Assembly: GCA_030638335.1 (NCBI GenBank)
Contig: DAOWET010000078.1
Coordinates: 1 to 48,883, forward strand
From: Nitrospirota bacterium
GTDB lineage: Bacteria > Nitrospirota > Thermodesulfovibrionia > Thermodesulfovibrionales > JdFR-86
DNA length: 48,883 bases
Reading direction: 5' to 3'
The notes under the pieces are model-generated. The model was not told the DNA's origin. It ran no database searches and saw nothing but the letters and a program-made list of their open reading frames with translations. Shown here in pieces: positions 44,280 through 48,883 of this stretch. Both the position numbers and the translations under genes were made by a program. Every line of letters starts with the position of its first letter. Positions within the stretch are counted from its first letter, which is position 1.

Positions 44280-44792
44280 CTAACGCCCCGGAGGAGTTGG
44301 CATCTTAGGCCTCCTCCCATCCGTCCCGCCCCCTCTGTTCATAAGCAGGAACTTCGCGTGCTGCATGGGTGTAAGTATCTTTCCAATGTCCTCGCGCACA
44401 GACTTCCTTATGGCGTCCAGACTGTCAAAGGCGGCGTTGATCTCATCCAGCGTGGAGGCTATCTTCTTGTCAGAGGCCTCTTTTTTCATGTCCTGCCTGA
44501 GGTTTGCCATCAGCCCCTTGAGCTTATCTTGCGCGGCCTTCTTTTTCTCGTTCATGCGCGCAAGCGTCTTGATGAAGCTCTTCTTGTCCTTGCCCGCAAG
44601 CCCGAGCTGGGCAGCCAGCTGCCCGGCGTCCTCCGCCCTGTGCTCGCCCCCACCGCTCATACGCTTGGACTTTCCCTGGATGGCCCTGTCCTTGCCACCT
44701 CCAGGAGGGCCCGGCGGTTGCGCTGCCACGGGAGCGGCCGCAAACGCTACAGCCGCCACGACAGCCAGTGCAAGTACGAATATCCTTCTCAT
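44280..44792 (-). CDS. periplasmic Spy/CpxP-family (LTxxQ) protein
   Basis: Signal peptide MRRIFVLALAVVAAVAFAAAPVAA. Helical, K/E-rich body with ...ILTPMQHAKFLL (LTxxQ motif). Confidence 0.68.
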   Translation of the reverse strand: MRRIFVLALAVVAAVAFAAAPVAAQPPGPPGGGKDRAIQGKSKRMSGGGEHRAEDAGQLAAQLGLAGKDKKSFIKTLARMNEKKKAAQDKLKGLMANLRQDMKKEASDKKIASTLDEINAAFDSLDAIRKSVREDIGKILTPMQHAKFLLMNRGGGTDGRRPKMPTPPGR

Positions 44793-45063
44793 AAGGCCTC
44801 CAACATGGGTTATGTTCTGTCTTTACACACGCTCTGCCAACTCTGCCAACAACGGGCAAAACACCCTCAACCCTCCAGGAGGGCCCGCCTTGCCACTGAG
44901 TCCACTTCGTCCGTTATTAAGATACTCTTTTCAGACAGCATCCCTATCTCCGAGAGCAGAAGACGCCCCTTTACGGGTTAAGGGTTGATTATATCAGAGA
45001 CACCGATTCATTAGAAATTACGCCTTGCGCATGCGTGTGGTTTCTGCGACTGTTTTCCTTTAT

Positions 45064-45125
45064 TAAGCCGCGCCCTTCATGGTAGAGTAAGTGTATGCCG
45101 CAAGGCGCGGCTTACCATCTTTTGG
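45064..45125 (+). promoter_or_regulatory. greA leader hairpin / possible attenuator
   Basis: 11-bp stem taagccgcgcc / ggcgcggctta with a 29-nt loop, followed by ccatcTTTTgg immediately before the greA SD. Confidence 0.45.
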
Positions 45126-45135
45126 AGGCTTCACA

Positions 45136-45609
45136 ATGCAACGCATTCCCCTGACCCCCGAGGGTCATAAAAAGCTGGAGAGTGAACTGGAAAACCTTAT
45201 AAAGGTCGAGCGCCCGGGCAACATCAAGGCCATTGCCGAGGCCCGCGCACATGGAGACCTCTCCGAGAACGCCGAGTACCACGCGGCCAAGGAACGCCAG
45301 GGCTTTATCGAGGGCCGCATTCAGGAACTCAAGATAAAACTGTCGCAGGCCGAGATCATTGACCCCTCGAGGATGGACCACGACAGGGTGACCTTTGGCG
45401 CGAGCGTGACCCTCATGGATCTCGATACCGACAAGGAGATCACATACATGCTGGTGGGCCCGGAGGAGGCCGACGTGAAGGCGGGCAAGATATCCACAAG
45501 CTCGCCCGTTGGCCGTGCCCTCATCGGCAAGGAAGAGGGTGACGAGGTCCGCATCCAGGCCCCCGGGCGCACGGTTGAATACGAGATACTGGACATCACA
45601 TTCAAGTGA
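45136..45609 (+). CDS. greA: transcription elongation factor GreA
   Basis: GGAGG lies 7 nt upstream of the ATG at 45136. MQRIPLTPEGHKKLESELENL...ARAHGDLSENAEYHAAKE...ISTSSPVGRALIGK..GD.V. Confidence 0.93.
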   Translation: MQRIPLTPEGHKKLESELENLIKVERPGNIKAIAEARAHGDLSENAEYHAAKERQGFIEGRIQELKIKLSQAEIIDPSRMDHDRVTFGASVTLMDLDTDKEITYMLVGPEEADVKAGKISTSSPVGRALIGKEEGDEVRIQAPGRTVEYEILDITFK

Positions 45610-46475
45610 TCACGTTTAGAAGGGAAAAAAGTTCGCTGAGTTTCAAAGCCGAGGTACTTTCCAACACGCCCCTTAACGCAGAACACCTGCTGCTTACTGT
45701 AAAGCCTATTGCGGTGGAGACCATAAATGCGGTAGCGGCGGAAGCCACAGAGGTAAAGGGGTCCATGACCCCGGCGAAAGCCACCAGTTTAAAGGGGCCC
45801 GTGGCCCCCCCTGAGCCCGGTCAGTTCTATATGCTTCGCGTGGGGCCCTTCCCTGAGCCGCTTCTGAAGCGGCCCCTGTGTTTCTTCCGCTTGGGCGATA
45901 ATGGCTCAATCGAGTTTCTGTACCGCATCAGGGGCAAAGGGACCAGGCTGCTCTCAGAGATAAGGCCTGGCGCGGAGATAGACGTTCTCGGGCCCCTTGG
46001 CAGAAAATATCCCCGCCCCCCAAAGGGGAAAACCCCTTTAGTAGTTGCCGGAGGCACGGGACTGGCCTCGGTCTATCCGCTTATCCAGTCGCTTGGTGGC
46101 AGGGCCGTGGTCTTCTACGGGTCGAGTTGCGGGGAGGAGATACTTTTCAAAAGCGAGCTTGAACAGATGAGCGCGGAGCTCCACCTGGCCACTGACGACG
46201 GCTCCTGCGGGCTCAAGGGCACGGTGCTGGACATGCTTCGTGATTACAAACTCACCGCAGACCACTTCGTTTATATATGCGGCCCGGAGGTCATGACCTC
46301 CTCGGTGGCAAAGGCGGTTAAGGAGACCGGCGCTAAAGGCTGTGCGTCGCTTGAGGCACACATGGCCTGCGGCGTGGGGGCCTGCATGGGCTGCGTGGTC
46401 ATGACCACAAAGGGCTACAAGAGGGTCTGCAGGGAAGGCCCGGTGTTCAAGCTGGAAGAGCTGGTGTTCGCATAA
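45606..46475 (+). CDS. pyrK: dihydroorotate dehydrogenase B electron-transfer subunit PyrK, carrying an N-terminal insertion
   Basis: GTG start overlapping the greA stop. PGQFYML...LLKRPLCF FAD-binding motifs and a C-terminal 2Fe-2S motif C-x-ACGVGACMGC. It sits directly upstream of pyrD. Confidence 0.9.
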   Translation: MITFRREKSSLSFKAEVLSNTPLNAEHLLLTVKPIAVETINAVAAEATEVKGSMTPAKATSLKGPVAPPEPGQFYMLRVGPFPEPLLKRPLCFFRLGDNGSIEFLYRIRGKGTRLLSEIRPGAEIDVLGPLGRKYPRPPKGKTPLVVAGGTGLASVYPLIQSLGGRAVVFYGSSCGEEILFKSELEQMSAELHLATDDGSCGLKGTVLDMLRDYKLTADHFVYICGPEVMTSSVAKAVKETGAKGCASLEAHMACGVGACMGCVVMTTKGYKRVCREGPVFKLEELVFA

Positions 46476-46499
46476 AGGACATGAGAAGGAAATAATGGA

Positions 46500-47417
46500 A
46501 TGGACCTCTCGGTAAATATTGGGCCCATGAAGCTCAAAAACCCGGTGCTAACCGCATCGGGCACATTTGGCTATGGCGAAGAGTACGCGGAGCACTACGA
46601 CCTCTCGCTCCTTGGCGGGGTCATGATGAAGGGCATAAGCGCAAGGCCCCGCGAGGGCAACCCGCCCCCAAGAATATACGAGACGCCTTCAGGGATGCTC
46701 AACGCCATAGGGCTCCAGAACGTGGGGCTCAAGAAGTTCTTAAAGGAAAAGCTTCCCTTCATAAGACAATACGAGACCGCCTGCATCGCAAACGTGCTTG
46801 GAGAAACGCCAGCAGAGTACGTGAAGCTCGCACGCGCCCTTGACGAGGCAGGTGTGGACGGCATAGAGCTCAACGTCAGCTGCCCGAACGTGAAAAAAGG
46901 CGGCGTGGCCTTTGCCTCGGACATGAAGGGCATGGCCCGGCTGGTCAAGAAGGTCCGGGCCGAGGTGAAGCACGCGGCGCTCATAGTGAAGCTCTCGCCC
47001 AACGTGACCGACATCCGCGTGCCCGCCCGCTTATGCGAGGAAGAAGGCGCGGACGCCATAAGCCTTATAAACACGATCACCGGCATGGCCATAGACGCTG
47101 AGACCAGGGCCCCGGTGCTTGCAAACATCACCGGCGGGCTTTCGGGGCCTGCCATCAAGCCCGTGGCGCTGCGCATGGTCTGGGAGGTTTATCATACCGT
47201 TAAAATACCCATAATAGGCATGGGCGGCATCAGTAATGGAATAGACGCTGTTGAGTTCATGCTGGCTGGCGCCTCGGCGGTTGCCGTAGGCACGGCCAAC
47301 TTCGTAACACCCGATGCCGCGCCGCGTGTTGTTGAGGGAATAAAAGAATACATGAAGGCCCACGGCATAAACAACGTAAGCGAGCTAACCGGCGCGCTCC
47401 GCATGCCCGGCGCTTAG
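46500..47417 (+). CDS. pyrD: dihydroorotate dehydrogenase (class 1B) catalytic subunit
   Basis: NPV.TASGTFGYG..., ...MLNAIGLQN.G..., ...ELNVSCPN (catalytic Cys), ...GGLSG.AIKP.AL. Confidence 0.93.
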   Translation: MDLSVNIGPMKLKNPVLTASGTFGYGEEYAEHYDLSLLGGVMMKGISARPREGNPPPRIYETPSGMLNAIGLQNVGLKKFLKEKLPFIRQYETACIANVLGETPAEYVKLARALDEAGVDGIELNVSCPNVKKGGVAFASDMKGMARLVKKVRAEVKHAALIVKLSPNVTDIRVPARLCEEEGADAISLINTITGMAIDAETRAPVLANITGGLSGPAIKPVALRMVWEVYHTVKIPIIGMGGISNGIDAVEFMLAGASAVAVGTANFVTPDAAPRVVEGIKEYMKAHGINNVSELTGALRMPGA

Positions 47418-47674
47418 ACATTTCAGCTCTTGGCCCGCTTTTGGCTCGCTCCTCTGCTTTCACCTGCGAAAGCAACAATTATTGGGGCCACTCAGAGGGA
47501 TTGCGGTTGAAGTCAGCATGGTTTCATCTGTTACCAACCTGCTAGTTACTCATAGAAGTCTGCATACTACGATGTGATATGATTTTGCGCCCTTCACCCA
47601 CAAAGTCTCATATTTGCACTCCTGTAATGATGTTGAATACAGTATCAAATCCGCACTCTGAGACATATCAGCCG

Positions 47675-47683
47675 TGATATAAT
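47675..47683 (+). promoter_or_regulatory. extended -10 promoter element (TGaTATAAT) upstream of the DUF3365-GGDEF gene
   Basis: gTGaTATAAT at 47675-47683. A second element, TGaTATGAT, lies exactly 100 nt upstream at 47575-47583. Confidence 0.45.
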
Positions 47684-47758
47684 CTAACTTAACAACCGTG
47701 CGATATTAGTATGCAAGTCAAATCTGCACTATCATAAGGCCAAAAGGTGATTCTTTAC

Positions 47759-48883
47759 ATGAATCTGAAAATGCTGACAGAACTTAACTCCGCATCTGCC
47801 TCGAGTCGAGTCAAGCTTTTTTATGTGCCCTTACTTATATGGACAATCTTTATAATCGCTTCTGTGACATTGAACATCCGTGATCTAGAGCGCGCCCACC
47901 AAAGTCTTGTTATTGACAGGGCCAGGTCCTTCTTCGAAATTATAGTAATGCAACGCTCGTGGAACGCCAGGCATGGTGGTGTCTATGTGGCCGTAACTAA
48001 AGATGTCCTCCCGAACCCCTACCTCGATGATGCGTTAAGGGATCTGACATCACTGGAGGGAATTAAACTTACAAAGGTGAATCCTGCATATATGACACGT
48101 CAGCTTGGAGAAATTGCAAAAGAACAAGAAAGCACATTATTTAATATAACCAGCCTGAAGCCCATAAGACCCGATAACCGTGCGAACACGTGGGAGAGCA
48201 ATGCGCTTATGCAGTTCGAGCAGGGCCGAAAGGAAAAATTCGAACTGATCGAAACCGCCTCCATGAAGCGATTCATGTATATGGCGCCGCTTTTAGTGGA
48301 AGAGGCATGCCTTAAATGCCATGCCAAACAAGGTTATAAGCTGGGAGATGTTCGTGGAGGCATAAGCATATCGTTTCCAGCCAGAACCATACTCGAAGCA
48401 AATAACGCACAAGAAAACAGAATGATCCTTATTCACTTTGGCATTTTTATTTCGGGAGTGCTCACGATCATATTTATATATCGAATCTCAAAGCAAGCAG
48501 AGGAGGCCCTGTTCAGACTCTCAATTCAGGATGGGCTTACAGGGCTTTTCAACCGCCGTTACTTCAACAAGGTAATGGAGAATGAATGGAAGCGGGCGAT
48601 GCGTGAATCGACTGTGTTATCGGCTATAATGATAGATATCGATTTCTTCAAGCAGTACAACGACACATACGGCCACCAGGCCGGAGACTGTTGCCTTAAA
48701 ATGATATCCGCCCTATTGGACAAATCCTTCAATAGGGCAGGGGACATGTTGGCGCGTTATGGGGGTGAAGAATTTTTGGCTCTTCTGCCCAATACTGATT
48801 ATGAAAGTACTCTAGACATTGCCAGGTCGATATGCCGGAATGTCGAGGCCGCAAAAAAACCCCACGAGGGATCAAGCATAAAT
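47759..48883 (+). CDS. DUF3365 (heme-c CxxCH sensor) - TM - GGDEF diguanylate cyclase, 3'-truncated by the window end
   Basis: Hand-translated open frame with no stop before the window end. N-terminal TM, then ...RSWNARHGGVYV...LKPIRPDN...CLKCH..., a second TM, then LTGLFNRRYF...IDIDFFKQYNDTYGH...RYGGEEFLALLP. Confidence 0.85.
   Translation, partial: MNLKMLTELNSASASSRVKLFYVPLLIWTIFIIASVTLNIRDLERAHQSLVIDRARSFFEIIVMQRSWNARHGGVYVAVTKDVLPNPYLDDALRDLTSLEGIKLTKVNPAYMTRQLGEIAKEQESTLFNITSLKPIRPDNRANTWESNALMQFEQGRKEKFELIETASMKRFMYMAPLLVEEACLKCHAKQGYKLGDVRGGISISFPARTILEANNAQENRMILIHFGIFISGVLTIIFIYRISKQAEEALFRLSIQDGLTGLFNRRYFNKVMENEWKRAMRESTVLSAIMIDIDFFKQYNDTYGHQAGDCCLKMISALLDKSFNRAGDMLARYGGEEFLALLPNTDYESTLDIARSICRNVEAAKKPHEGSSIN

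Noticed and set aside
44815-44850. A sigma-54-like promoter upstream of the spy/cpxP-like gene, read as gttGGcagagttgGCagag on the minus strand.
   Set aside because: The GG-to-GC spacing is 10 nt rather than the 12 nt required, and the sequence is better described as a short direct repeat. A similar TGGCAC string on the reverse of the R-boxes lacks a -12 TTGC.

Overview
This is a 48.9-kb bacterial chromosomal window from a Gram-negative organism. The gene content suggests a Desulfobacterota/Nitrospirota-like anaerobe, but that is inference only. The backbone is high-GC (about 60%) and is interrupted by low-GC accessory patches at roughly 8.6-10.6, 16.4-18.9, 20.3-20.95, 26-29, 32.5-35 and 47.4-48.9 kb.

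Recognisable core genes:
- two OM barrels
- a GAF-GGDEF cyclase and an ALDH
- a partial T2SS/pseudopilin operon (gspF-H-I-J with no gspG)
- ftsE-ftsX-envC-ctpA
- a PolB-exo-like exonuclease
- a TMTC-like TPR membrane protein and an AMP-nucleosidase-like protein
- hemW, oppD/oppF and hemC
- terB and a spy/cpxP-like gene
- greA and pyrK-pyrD
- a 3'-truncated DUF3365-GGDEF gene

Accessory content:
- hicBA plus a TIGR02391/Ymh (HEPN-like Rx4H) protein
- a cheY-cheC-PAS/HisKA_2 kinase module
- an HD-GYP protein, a REC-HisKA_2 kinase and a REC protein
- five TPR proteins
- an 821-aa secreted repeat protein with a poly-Gly/Asp linker and a CFIATAAYGS C-terminal domain

I saw no rRNA, tRNA, CRISPR array, transposase or integrase.

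The most unusual signal is non-coding. Several families of dispersed or tandem structured repeats occur, and some reach into coding sequence:
- a modular intergenic element
- GGGGYC-N3-GRCCCC hairpins
- terminator hairpins carrying a duplicated 18-20-nt unit
- a 4-unit tandem array with one orphan copy
- a triplicated promoter cassette

Functions are assigned from motifs read by eye. No database search was run.
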